From Octopus sinensis (Eukaryota), in the NCBI RefSeq assembly GCF_006345805.1, contig NW_021832432.1:496001-560000 (forward strand): a stretch of 64,000 nucleotides of DNA, written 5' to 3'. The notes beneath the pieces are model-generated. The model saw only the letters and a list, made by a program, of their open reading frames with translations, was not told the DNA's origin and did not search any database. This document shows, piece after piece, positions 12,415-24,253 of the stretch; within the stretch, counting starts at the first letter, position 1, and each line of letters begins with the position of its first letter. A program made the position numbers and the translations under genes.

Positions 12415-12442
12415 ATTTTCATTGATTTTCAATTATTTGCAG
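12415..12442 (+). promoter_or_regulatory. Putative splice acceptor of the GLRX3 coding exon
   Basis: T-rich tract ending TTATTTGCAG| at 12442, 109 nt upstream of the ATG. Confidence 0.55.
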
Positions 12443-12551
12443 ACGGGATATTTTCAGTAGTCTAACTCTCTATTCTGAAGAAGATCGGTTTAGTCAGAAT
12501 AGCCGTTTAATAAAACGAACAGGTTGACATCACACCGCATGTTACAACAAA

Positions 12552-13532
12552 ATGGCGCAGGTTGAGGAAGTTACCAGCGTGGATAGACTGAATGCAATCC
12601 TTGCTGAGGCGAGATCGAACCTTGTTGTTTTACATTTCTCTGCTAAATGGTCGGGAGAATGTGAACAAATGAATGATGTCTTGCGTGAACTGGCAAAAGA
12701 CCCTCATTATGTAAACGTACGGTTCCTTGTCGTGGAGGCTGAAGATCTTGTTGAGTTGACAAAGAAGTATAAAGTAGCTAACGTTCCTGTGTTTATCTTT
12801 TTCAAAAATAAATCACGGATCGATACACTTGAAGGTGTCAATGCCTTGGAATTATGTAAAAAAGTCAAGAATCTCGTCGAAGCTACAGTTTCGATACCAG
12901 CTGAAGAGAGCGAAGACGACCTAAATGTGAAACTACAAGCGCTGGTTAGCCAAGCACCTGTCATGCTTTTCATGAAGGGTACTCCCGATGAACCTAGATG
13001 TGGTTTCAGTCGTACCATCATCGGTATCCTGAATGAGCACAATATCGACTATTCTCATTTTAACATTCTCAGCGATGAAAATGTGCGCCAGGGATTGAAG
13101 AAATTTTCCGACTGGCCTACTTATCCTCAGTTATACCACAAAGGGGAACTTATCGGTGGATTGGATATCGTCAAAGAATTGTCAGAATCGAACGAGCTTA
13201 AAAAAATGTTGCCCCAGAAAGAAGATTTGAAAGTTAAATTGAAAACCCTCATCAACAAAGCAAGTGTTATGCTGTTTATGAAAGGTTCCCCCGATACACC
13301 GCGTTGTGGATTCAGTAAAACTACTATTGGTATTATGGAAGAAACTGGCGTCCCTTACGAGACGTTTGATATTCTTCAGGATGACAGTGTGAGGCAAGGG
13401 TTGAAGACTTATTCCGACTGGCCTACATACCCCCAGTTGTATGTGAATGGTGAACTGGTAGGTGGACTTGACATTATTAAAGAACTTAAAGAAAACAATC
13501 AATTAGTTGATACCTTAAAAGGAACTTCATAA
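12552..13532 (+). CDS. GLRX3: Glutaredoxin-3 (PICOT): Trx-like domain plus two monothiol CGFS glutaredoxin domains, in a single coding exon
   Basis: Intact 326-aa ORF with ACAAAATGG start context. The N-terminal Trx fold has WSGEC (no CxxC), followed by two repeats of VMLFMKG-P--PRCGFS...VRQGLK--SDWPTYPQLY--GEL-GGLDI. AATAAA at 13580. Confidence 0.96.
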   Translation: MAQVEEVTSVDRLNAILAEARSNLVVLHFSAKWSGECEQMNDVLRELAKDPHYVNVRFLVVEAEDLVELTKKYKVANVPVFIFFKNKSRIDTLEGVNALELCKKVKNLVEATVSIPAEESEDDLNVKLQALVSQAPVMLFMKGTPDEPRCGFSRTIIGILNEHNIDYSHFNILSDENVRQGLKKFSDWPTYPQLYHKGELIGGLDIVKELSESNELKKMLPQKEDLKVKLKTLINKASVMLFMKGSPDTPRCGFSKTTIGIMEETGVPYETFDILQDDSVRQGLKTYSDWPTYPQLYVNGELVGGLDIIKELKENNQLVDTLKGTS

Positions 13533-13579
13533 AATAATCGATCCTATTTAAGGTGATACAAATGATCTATGTATTGATC

Positions 13580-13585
13580 AATAAA
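13580..13585 (+). terminator. Candidate GLRX3 polyadenylation signal (alternatives at 14285 and 14625)
   Basis: AATAAA about 48 nt after the stop, followed by a T-rich tract. Confidence 0.5.
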
Positions 13586-14829
13586 GATTCCTTTTCTTCT
13601 TATCTGTTTGTAATAAGAAATAATTGCACATACACAAACTCATAACACGAATCTATTCTCGTTACAGTTTTAATTAAATGTCAGAAGTTATGAAATAGTG
13701 AAAGTTAAAATTTTTTTTTCGTTTTTTTTCCTGTCATATAAAATTACTCATTTTTTGTTATAACTTCTAATATTTTAAACTTAAAGACAATGTTTTGTAA
13801 TTTAATATCTTTCCTAACATCTCTCAAGCGTAAAGTGCTACTTGTCGAAAACACTGTTCGCCAGCCAGTCGTGCCGTGATCAGTTTGGAAATATTAACTG
13901 CAGTAACTTCACTCATTTAACTATAATCCAGTGTCTGAGAAGGTTATAGTAACTGTACACTTTCTGTATATTTAATAATAATAATAGAAAACAAAAGTAA
14001 AGTCGTAGCCTCCTTTATATTTTGAGCACACCGGTGTCTGGCGATAAGTTGACCACTTTCTGAGCGAGTTCTGTGTTTTTAATACGCCAACTCTCGTACG
14101 AGAAGTTTCTCTGAGACAAAAATATTACAGCTACTACTGTTCTGCGTTTGTGTATATATCGTTGTTTTAATCTAATGTTTTTTAAAATGTATATATATAT
14201 TTTAGCTTAATATTTGACAAATCACTATAGATTTCAACACTTTCCTCTTGTTGAAGTAACGCGGCTCTTAGTGTTTATCGAACAAATAAAGATGCATTGA
14301 TTTATTTAATTGAAACAAAGCACAGAAACTTAAATACTTGAGTGGTTAGTATTAGGAAAGATATTAAGCCATAAAAAAAATGTTTGAGGACGATGAATTG
14401 GGAAAGCATATGTAATAAATGTCATTTGTATTTGAAATTATAATTTCACTAAAACGACTCCTTGTTTTAAATCCAGAAATTATTTAAGCAACAAGGGTTG
14501 CCACAGACTTGAAATTATAGTTAGCATATTTAGAATTTACGTATACCTGTCTTATTATTCAGTTCTAATTATTATTGGGTGTCTTATTCCTTGATGTGTG
14601 TTTATATAGTACACCTAGTTCAGAAATAAAGGTTTGTAGTTCATGTCCAGCTTGGGGCACTGTATGTCTCCAGGAACAAGGCACTTAATGATGACTAACC
14701 AACTGGCACGTCTCTTCTACCTGTGGCATATGCCCTTCAAACTAGCAGGCTGTCTGCTCACCTTCCTCCACACAGCCTCTGGGTGCACCACCTTTCATCA
14801 CGTTAAGTCCACATTGTTCACAATCCTTC

Positions 14830-16111
14830 CTTCACTGTCTATATTTTCCCTATAGACATCATTAATTTGCAGAAGCTCAAGCTGGACATCAGTCTCCTCA
14901 ACTTCACCATTCTGCAATGTTTATAAGTTCTCCTTCTAGGATTATGTAACAGAAACCTTTACTCTTACAATACAACACTAAGACATGCTCTCATGCTAAC
15001 ATACAACACAGTGTACCATTATACAAGATGCACCAATACCACAACATCACCCAATGTTGTGAAACACTACCATATCATACTCCAATGTTATGCTGTACAA
15101 CATCACTTGTATGATGGTAATGCTCATTTACAAACATCATGTCAAGACAGTGAAGTGAAAAGACACACACACGTATGTGGAAGCACATGGCTCAGTGGTT
15201 GGGGGTGTTGAAACTCATGATTGTAAGATTGTGGTTTCACTTTCTGAACTGGGCGACACGTGTTCTTGAGAAAACTCTTCATTTCATGTTGCTCTAGTCC
15301 ACCCAGCTGGCAAAAATGAGTAATCCTGTGACAGACCGGTGTCCCATCCATGTGGGGAACTTATTTGCAATGGAAACCTGGAAACTGGCCCTTAGGAGTC
15401 AGCACGACTCGAGAAGGTAACTTTACCCTTTTTTTACACATGTATCCATATATCCCAGTCATGCGGTCTCAGGTTCAGTTCCACTGCACAGCACCTTCAA
15501 CAAGTGTCTTCTTCTACAGCCCTGAGCCTTGTGAGTGTTGATAGATAGAAACTGGAAGAAACTGATCATGCATTTGTTTGTATTTGTGTATATTCCTTGT
15601 CTTCATGCCATATGATGGTTGTAAATGAGCATCACTGTCATATGTTCATTTTGAGACTTCTGTAAAAGAAATGTCTGGCCAGGTTACTACTACATTGCCT
15701 GGAAACAAGTGAGGGTTGGTGACAGTCAGAGCATCCAGCTTAGAAAGTTTGCTTCAATAAATTTCATTTGACCCTTGCAAATATGGAAAAGTGGACATAA
15801 AAAGGCTGATGAATACACACACACACACACACACACACACAATCTAAATAAGACAGACCTTCACTGTCTGTATTTTCCTTATAGACTTCATCAATTTGCA
15901 GAAGCTCAAGCTGGACATCAGTCTCCTCAACTTCACCATTCTGCAATGTTTATGAATGTTCCTTCTAGGATTATGCAACAGAATCCTTTTATCTTAACAA
16001 TACAACACTTAGACACTATCTCATGCTAACTTACAACACAGTGTACCATTATACAAGACACACCAATACTACAACATCACCCAGTGTTGTGAAACACTAC
16101 CATATCATACT
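14830..16111 (+). repeat. Direct duplication of about 250 bp (14830-15080 and 15860-16111)
   Basis: Shared TCACTGTCT.TATTTTCC.TATAGAC...GAAACACTACCATATCATACT. Confidence 0.9.
15183..15430 (+). mobile_element. CORE-like SINE (family D), tail type 2
   Basis: TGGCTCAGTGG A-box and core TTCTTGAGAAAACTCTTCATTTCATGTTGCTCTAGTCCACCCAGCTGGCAAAAATGAGT, followed by a distinct tail. Confidence 0.65.
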
Positions 16112-17187
16112 TTAACACATCTTTACCTAAAGGTGTGGTCAAATTCTTTTTTTCTTATTATTTAGATTATATTTTACTCTGATTACAATGATTTTACCAA
16201 CGTGAAACCAGGATTTTCTATACCTGAAGAATTTCAGTACTAGTCTGGAATGTACAGTGTTAATAGCCCAGAACTTGGGTTGATTGCATCATTAGGAATC
16301 CCCTACCATTATACTCCTCTAGGACCTTAGATTATATATTTATACACTCAAGAGGGTTTTGAAAAGTTCCTGGTTACAATGGTATTGCAAAAGGCCTGGC
16401 AGGAATCCCAACCTCCTGAGTTCTTTTACAAGGCTTAGAAAAACTGAATGACAACTGCAATAAATTTGACTAAAATTCTTCAAGGCTGTGCCCCAGCATG
16501 GCCGTAGCATAATGACTGAAACAAGTAAAAAATAGAAAAAAAACCATCCAACTCAAGATGTTATTAAGATCTGTTGTGAAATCTAAGAGAAGTGCTGTGG
16601 ATGTATGTGGAAAATCTTGTCCTGTCCCTAAAAGGAGGAGTGATGAGTTTTTTTTTTATGTGTTCATTACATGGTGACATCATTAGTGGTGGTGCCATGG
16701 AAAAAGTCACTCAGTACACTCTAAATTGGATGGCATTAGGAAGGGCATCTGGCATTTGATTGTAGAAACTGTACAGAACTGAGACATTAGAGCATGATGT
16801 TGTTATCCAGTGTGTTTGACCCTGCTGAACATCCAGCTCATGCCAGCATAGAAGGAGGATGTGAAATGATGATGATGGATATATATATATAATGTATCAG
16901 TGATCTCAAGCTTAAATTCACAGCCTCCACATCAGACCATGGTTGGCGGAGTCGACATGCTGAGACCTTTGTCCTACAGTGGACTGAACATAGGTATTCC
17001 AACCCAGTGCAAGTACATATATATGTATCTGTGTGTGTACATATATATGTGTATGTACATATTAATATATGGGTGTACGTATATACATGTGTACATATAT
17101 GTATACATATATACATACATGCATACATACATATGTATGTATGTGTATGTACCTATATATATATGTACATAAATAAATTTATATGGA

Positions 17188-18691
17188 CAGTAGCAGCCAT
17201 AATATAAGGGTCAGTAAGATCAAGTGTATTGAAATAGTTATAGAAGATTAACATGCTGAGACTAGATATTTTATACATATTTAGATATATCTAATATCTA
17301 TCTTTTGTGAAAATTTCATGTGAATGGAATAAATATTTCGTAAGTTAGGAAATAAACAATCTTCCAGATTGCAGTGGCCCAGTTAAGAGTCACTTAGATA
17401 AAAATGAGCTACTAACCGAGGTATTTGTTATTTAGAAGACTATTAATGGGCTAACAGTTACTTCTTATGATCTTACATTATTGGACCATTCAACTGTCAA
17501 TATGGCGGTTTGTGAGAGACGACTGGTGTGCCTTCACCAAGGGAGCAAGTCAAATTCTGTGATAGCAACTACTGTAGGAAGGTCTAGAAGTGTTGTGCAA
17601 TGAATTGTAACTTGTTTTAAGTCATCAGGATCAACAAATGCTAAACCCAAAACCAGTAGATCTTCATCCAAACAAGATTGTATTATGGTTAGAATGTCAC
17701 TGAAGGATAGGTTTAAGAGTGCTGCTGAGATATCCTGAGAGTTTAGCTCCACTTCCGATGTCCATGTATCATGAAAAACAGTTTCTCAGGGGTTACGAGG
17801 TTCTGGATTGTTTGCTTGGGCACTGACAAAGAAATCTCTGATCATTAAGAGGAATCAAAGAGACTGTCTTCAAGACAGAAGGACTGTAATCGCAGGTTCA
17901 TTTTAGTGATGAATCGAAGGTTAATGTGATTGGTTCTGATGGTGGGATGTACATCCTACGAAGAAGTGGCAAAAGGTTATCTCATGCATGTGTAAAGAAG
18001 ACAGTGAAATATGGAGGAGGCAGTGTAATAGTATGGGGAGTGATCTCTACTGCTGGTCCTGGTCCATTTATTTGCCTACAAGGGACTGTCAATGCTGAAA
18101 TCTACAAGCAGGTCCTTAGACAGCATGCCCTTCCACATCTCCAATCTTCATCAGTTCAACCACCTGTGTTTGTGCAGGGTAACCCTCCTTGTCACACTGC
18201 GAAGAGAGTCAAAGATTTTTTGAGTGAAGGGGTTGATCTCATGGACTGGCCACCTCAAAGTCCCAATCTCAACCCTATGGAAAACGTTTGGAAGATTATT
18301 GGTGATGGGGTGCGAAGGAGAAATCCAAAGAACCAAGATGAACTCTGGGAATTATTGCAAAATGAATGGAGCAATATTACTCTATCATTTTGCAAGAAAT
18401 TAATTCAGTCTTCTGGTAACAGATGTCAGGAGGTCATTGACCATTTTATTCTTGTCCTATTTTTCATTGTTTATCTAAGTGACACTGGTCATTGCAGTTT
18501 GGAAGAGTATTTGTTTATTTCCTCATAACTTATAAAATATTTATTCCATTCGCTTGAAATTTTCACGAAAGATAGATATTAGATATGTCTAAACATATGT
18601 AAAATATCCAGTCTCAACATTTTGTCAATCTTCTATAATAAATATTTCAATACACTTGTTCTTACTGACTCTTATATTATGGTCACTGCTG
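17188..18691 (+). mobile_element. Tc1-family transposon with TIRs of about 150 bp and a defective transposase
   Basis: Inverted repeats at 17188-17338 and 18535-18691. Motifs FSDESK, KYGGGSVIVWG, VFVQGNPPCH (catalytic D changed to G) and WPPQSPNLNPMENVW. Confidence 0.92.
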
Positions 18692-18720
18692 TATGTATGT
18701 ATATATATATATATATATAT

Positions 18721-19960
18721 CATCATTGTTTAACGTCCGCTTTCCATGCTGGCATGGGTTGGACGATTTGACTGAGGACTGGCGAACCAGATGGCTGCAC
18801 CAGGCTCCAATCTGATCTGGCATAGTTTCTGCAGCTGGATTCCCTTCCTAATGCCAATCACTTCGAGAATGTAGTGGGTGCTTTTACATGCCACTGGCAT
18901 GAGGGCTAGTCAGGCAGTACTGGCAATGGCCATGCTCAAATTGGTGTTTTTTACGTGCCACCTGCACAAGAGCCAGTCCAGTGGCACTGCCAATGACCTC
19001 ACTTGAATATTGTTTTTCATGTGCCACCGGCACAAGTACCAGTGAGGCAACGATCACGCTTGAATGGTGCATTTTACATGCCTCCAGTATGGGAACCAGT
19101 CAGCTGCCCTGGCAATAATCACGCTTGGATGGTGCTCTTAGCACTTCACTAGCACGGATGCCAGTCATGCGGTACTGTCATTGAATTTGATTTTGATTTC
19201 GATTTCACTTGCCTCAACAGGTCTTTGCAAGCAGGGCTTAGTGTCCAGTGAAGGAAAGGTATGCATAAGTGGGCTGGTTACTCCCCTGGCATAGGCCACA
19301 GGTTATGATCTCACTTGGCTTGCGGGTCTTCTCAAGCACAGCATATTTCCAAAGGTCTTGGTCACTAGTCATTGCCTTGGTGAGGCCTAATGTTTGAAGG
19401 TCATGCTTCACCACTTCATCCCAGGTCTACCTCTTCCACAGGTTCCCTCAACCGCTAGGGTGTGGCACTTTTTCACACAGCTATCGTCATCCATTCTCAC
19501 CACATGACCATACCAGTCATCTCTCTTGCACAGCACATCTGATGCTTCTTAGGTCCAACTTTTCACTCAAGGTACTTACACTCTGTCGTGTATGCACACT
19601 GATATTACACATCCAGTGGAGCATACTGGCTTCATTCCTTGCAAGCTTACGCATGTCCTCAGCAGTCATGGCCCATGTTTCACTGCCATGTAGCATGGCT
19701 GTTTGTACACATGCGTCATACAGTCTACCTTTTATTCCGAGCAAGAGGCCCTTTGTCACCAGCAGAGGTAGGAGCTCTCTGAACTTTGCCCAGGCTATTC
19801 TTATTCTAGCAGCTACACTTTCAGACTTGGTCACTTAGGTAACAGAAACTATCAACTACTTCTAGTTTTTCTCCCCTGGAATGAGACAGAAGCTATTCTT
19901 TGCACATTTTCAGTGTTTATAGCACCTGAACATTTGCCACATACAAAAACTATATACATA
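18721..19960 (-). mobile_element. 5'-truncated RTE-clade LINE with a long 3' UTR
   Basis: ARIRIAWAKFRELLPLL...KGRLYDACV...MLHGSETWA post-RT motifs. The 3' end reads GGAAAGCGGACGTTAAACAATGATG. Confidence 0.85.
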
Positions 19961-20892
19961 TGTACAGGCACAAGTAAGTATATAAATACAAAACAAGTTG
20001 GAGAAAATAGTACTCGAGTACCTGAGGTAGAGTAATATGCTTTTATTAAAGCTGTAAAATCTTCACGAAGCTGTTGCTCAGTTTCATGTTCTCATTAGTT
20101 GGATAGTTGTGATGGTACATACACACACACTCACGCATTAGGTTTCTGTTCAGTTTCTTTCTCCTAAATTTCATTCAAAGCATTAGTCAATTCAAGGCAA
20201 TGGTAGAAAACATTTGCCTAAGCTGACAGAAACTTTAGCATGCTGGGTGAAATGCTTAGCAGTATTTCATCAGCCATTATGTTCTCAGTTCAAATTCTGC
20301 CAAGGTCGTCTTTACCTTTCAACCTTTTGGAGTTGATAAATTAAGTACCAGTTGCACACTGGGGTCGATGTAATCGACTTAATCCCTTTATTTAGCCCCT
20401 TGTGGGCAATAAAGAAATAAGACATTTGCCTAAGGTACTGTACAGTTGAGTTGAACTCTTGGCAGCATGTTGCAACACAAAGTTCTTAACAAGACAACCA
20501 TACCTCAGAAAGAAACCTAAAATGATATGTAAGCTTGGCATCTTAATGACTTTTCCATTAGACTACTTCATATTGCATAATTGTCACTGAAAACATTGGA
20601 AATTGTGCTTCTGAGAAACTAATTGACATAGCTATGTAAAGTTATTAATATTTCTTAATTATATATTTAACTCGTTAGCATTCAAAGTATTCTGTCAAAT
20701 TTAATGCGTATTTATTCACATTGTTTTGAATTATTAATGTCTTATCTTGTAGCCCAGAGATTTCAATGATGTAATTCTATATTTTTAGGATGACATGGCA
20801 GGGTAGGTGTGAGAAGCCAAATACATTCAGTTTGAACATAAAAGAAGTGTAATATTTTGGCTGGATATGGCCACTTTAAATGCTAAAGGGTG

Positions 20893-21215
20893 CAGGTTCA
20901 TGGCTTAGTGGTTAGGGTATTCAGCTCGTGATTGTAAGGTCATGAGTTCAATTCCTGGTGACACGTTGTTTCCTTGAGTAAGACCCTTTATTTCATGCTG
21001 CTCCAGGCCACTCAGTTGGCAAAAATGGGTAGTACCTGTATTTCAAAGGACCAGCTTTGTCACATCCTGTGTCCTGTTGAATCTCCCTGAGAACTACATT
21101 AAGGGTATGTGTGTCTGTGGAGTGCTCAGCCACTTGCACGTTAATTTCATGAGCAAGCCGTTCCATTAATTGGATCAACTGGAACCTTTTTAGTTGTTAC
21201 TGATGGAATGCCAGT
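20893..21215 (+). mobile_element. CORE-like SINE (family D), tail type 3, shared with family C
   Basis: TGGCTTAGTGG and GAGTTCAATTCC boxes. The tail from GTACCTGTATTTCAAAGG matches 44900-45085. Confidence 0.75.
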
Positions 21216-21589
21216 AAATGATAAAAGGTTAAAATATATCATGTCTCTTTGAAATGTTCTCTCTCTTTCCCTCTCTCTCTCTTTCTCTCCTCCCCACTCC
21301 CTCTCACACACAACAGATTTCTTTCTGTTTCCATCTACCAAATCCACTCACAAGGCTTTGGTCGGCCCAGGGCTATAGTAGAAGACACTTGCCCAAGGTG
21401 CTGTACAGTGGAACTGAACTTGAAACCACATTATTTGGAAGCCATGTCTTTGTTCTATACATGTGTGTGTGTGTGTCCGTCCTTGTCTTGGCTTTGCATG
21501 ATGGTTGCAGGAGTCACTATCATGTGAGTTGTGTCATTCATTTCTAGTCTTCTGTGAAAACATGTTTAGCCGAGGGGAAATATTCTTTT

Positions 21590-22018
21590 CTACTTTAGAC
21601 ACAAGGCCCCAAATTGTTTTGGGGCAGGGGAGGCAGTCGATTTAATCAATCTCAGTACGCAACTGGTACTTAATTTATTGAGGACCTCCAAAACGATGAA
21701 AGGCAAAGTAGACCTTGGTGGAATTTGAACTCAGGATGTGAAGACAGATGAAATACTGCCAAGCATTTTGCCTGGTGTGCTAAGGTTTCTTATTTATTGC
21801 CCACAAGGGGCTAAACATAGAGGGGACAAACAAGGACAGACAAAGGGATTAAGTTGATTACATCGACTGCAGTGCGTAACTGGTACTTAATTTATCGACC
21901 CTGAAAGGATGAAAGGCAAAGTCGACCTCGGCGGAATTTGAACTCAGAACGTAATGGCAGACAAAATACCGCTAAGCATTTCGCCCGGCGTGCTAACGTT
22001 TCTGCCAGCTCGCTGCCT
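21590..22018 (-). mobile_element. Two SINE family A units head-to-tail, inside a family B/RTE-tail element
   Basis: Intact unit at 21790-22018 and a diverged unit at 21590-21790. Confidence 0.8.
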
Positions 22019-22667
22019 TGCTGAGGGGAAATATTACCTTACTTCTAAACAAGTTAAGACTGGCAACAGAAAGAGCATCCATTCTATCCACGGAGAAATC
22101 ATGCCTCAATGAATTCCATCTGACTTATGCTAGTATGGTGGAATGGATGTTAAACTGATGGTGATGATGATGATGATGATATAGATAACATTATCATCAT
22201 CAGTAGCAACAGCACCATCATCATCATCAGTTAATGTCTAACTAAAGGCGATGAGCTCACAGAATTGTTAGCACGCTGAGCAAAATGCATAGCGGCATTT
22301 CGACCGTCTTTACATTCTGAGTTCAAATTCCGCTGAGATCAACTTTCATCCTTTCGAGGTCGATATAATAATAAGTACCAGTTGAATACTGGGGTCTATA
22401 TAATCGACTTATCCCCACCCCACACTTGCTGGCCTTGTGCCAAAATTTGAAATCAATATTTATGTCCTACTAAGTTGTCTCCCTTGAAACAAGTGTCTCT
22501 GCATTCTGTTTGAGATTGATGAGAGAAGTATCAGACTAGATGATGTGGTTGATCATTTTAAGATGGTGCTCCAGCATTGCCACAGTCTAATGACTGAGAC
22601 CATTGAAAAAAACAAGACAACAAAGAAAACCATAAACTGTATATCTGGTCTAACAAATAATCCAAAA

Positions 22668-22893
22668 AAAGCACCAACCGATCGTGGCCGATGCCAGACC
22701 CCTCTGGCACTTGTGCAGGTGGCACGTAAAAAGCACCCACTACACTCGCGGAGTTGTTGGCATTAGGAAGGGCATCCAGCTGTAGAAACACTGCCAGATC
22801 AGACTGGAGCCTGGAGCAGCCCCTGGCTCCCCAGACCCCGGTCGAACCGTCCAACCCGTGCTAGTGCGGAAAACGGATGTTAAACGATGATGA
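22668..22893 (+). mobile_element. RTE 3'-end fragment
   Basis: TTGGCATTAGGAAGGGCATCCAGCTGTAGAAAC...GGATGTTAAACGATGATGA. A close relative is at 35168-35490. Confidence 0.8.
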
Positions 22894-23278
22894 AGAAATT
22901 TGCAGAAGAGAGAAACACATAGTAGAAATGGTGAGTTCTGACTTCAGAATGTTGGATCAGCACTGTGGTAAAAATGATGCTATGCCCGTCCAATACCAGT
23001 AGAGAAAAACAGGTGTAATTTTATGATGATATCATAATCTATATATTAATTCAAAGAAAATGACTTAGCACTTATGTGTTCCAGTTTTGCCAATGATAAG
23101 ATAAAAGAAATAAAGAAATTGACATAGTAATGGAGAGCTTATGATATTAAAAAATAATGAAAATTCTTTCATTCCTTTATTACTAGAGATAGAAATGTTG
23201 CTACAACAGATTAATAATATTAATGTGACAATTCTACTTTATGAAGAAATACTTTTCAAAACTTGCATTGAAACAGTT

Positions 23279-23694
23279 CTTATTTCTTTATTGCCCACAA
23301 GGGGTTAAACACAGAGGGGACAAACAAGGACAGACAAAGGGATTAAGTCGATTACATCGACCCCAGTGCATAACTGATACTTAATTTATCGACCCTGAAA
23401 GGATGAAAGGCAAAGTCAAGCTTGGCGGAATTTGAACTCACAACGTAACGGCAGACAAAATACCTATTTCTTTATTACCCACAAGGGGCTAAACACAGAG
23501 GGGACAAACAAGGACAGACATAGGTATTAAGTCGATTACATCGACCCCAGTGCATAACTGATACTTAATTTATCGACCCTGAAAGGATGAAAGGCAAAGT
23601 CGACCTCGGCGGAATTTGAACTCACAACGTAACGCAGATGAAATACCGCTAAGCATTTCGCCCGGCGTGCTAACGTTTCTGCCAGCTCGCCGCC
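23279..23694 (-). mobile_element. SINE family A dimer (one head, two bodies)
   Basis: Junction GAAATAG/GTATTT at about 23463. Flanking direct repeat CATTGAAACAGTT (23266 and 23702). Confidence 0.88.
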
Positions 23695-24036
23695 TTTTAA
23701 ACATTGAAACAGTTTTATGCTTTTGTTGTGATGTTTAGATAATAACAGAAACACTAGCAGAAAAGATAAATGCTAAATGTTGCTTTCTTTTATGATTTTT
23801 ACTTGGAGTTTATTTGCCAGATGGCATATATGATTCTTTTAAATTTTTGGCACAAGGCAAGTGATTTTTGAGGGGAAGAGGAAGTGAATTATATTGAACC
23901 CTTCTCCCAGTGGTCAGCTGGTACTTTTTTTTTTTATCAACCTTGAAGTGATGAAAGGCAAATCTGACGTCATTGGCATTTGAACTTGGAATGCAAAGAG
24001 CCAGAAGAAATCCCACTAAACATTTGGTCTAATGTA

Positions 24037-24253
24037 CAAGAGGGTGCTGAAAAGTTACTGGCTTTGGGTAAAAGAAAATACAGCAGGGTCAGTTAATTAT
24101 GAATTTATTCAATATATTCCCTTCTCAGATTCACACACTTATTGCAGCAGTCCTTCAGTTTTTCTAAGCCCTGTTAAAAAACTTGGAAGGTTGGGCTTCC
24201 AATCAGGCCTTTCATGATACCTTTAAAGCCAAGTACTTTTCAGTACTCCCTTG
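24037..24253. mobile_element. Mariner-derived MITE (relatives at about 16345-16465 and 63185-63402)
   Basis: TA TSD, with TIRs CAAGAGGGTGCTGAAAAGTTACTGGCTT and AAGCCAAGTACTTTTCAGTACTCCCTTG. Confidence 0.75.

Noticed and set aside
11952-12432. Multiple YI/CV-rich ORFs (also at about 17000, 31300-31800, 45300, 47000 and 53500)
   Set aside because: They are translations of (TA)n, (TG)n and (TATG)n microsatellites.
12707-13502. Minus-strand ORFs of 111 and 106 aa
   Set aside because: They are antisense to GLRX3 and have no independent support.
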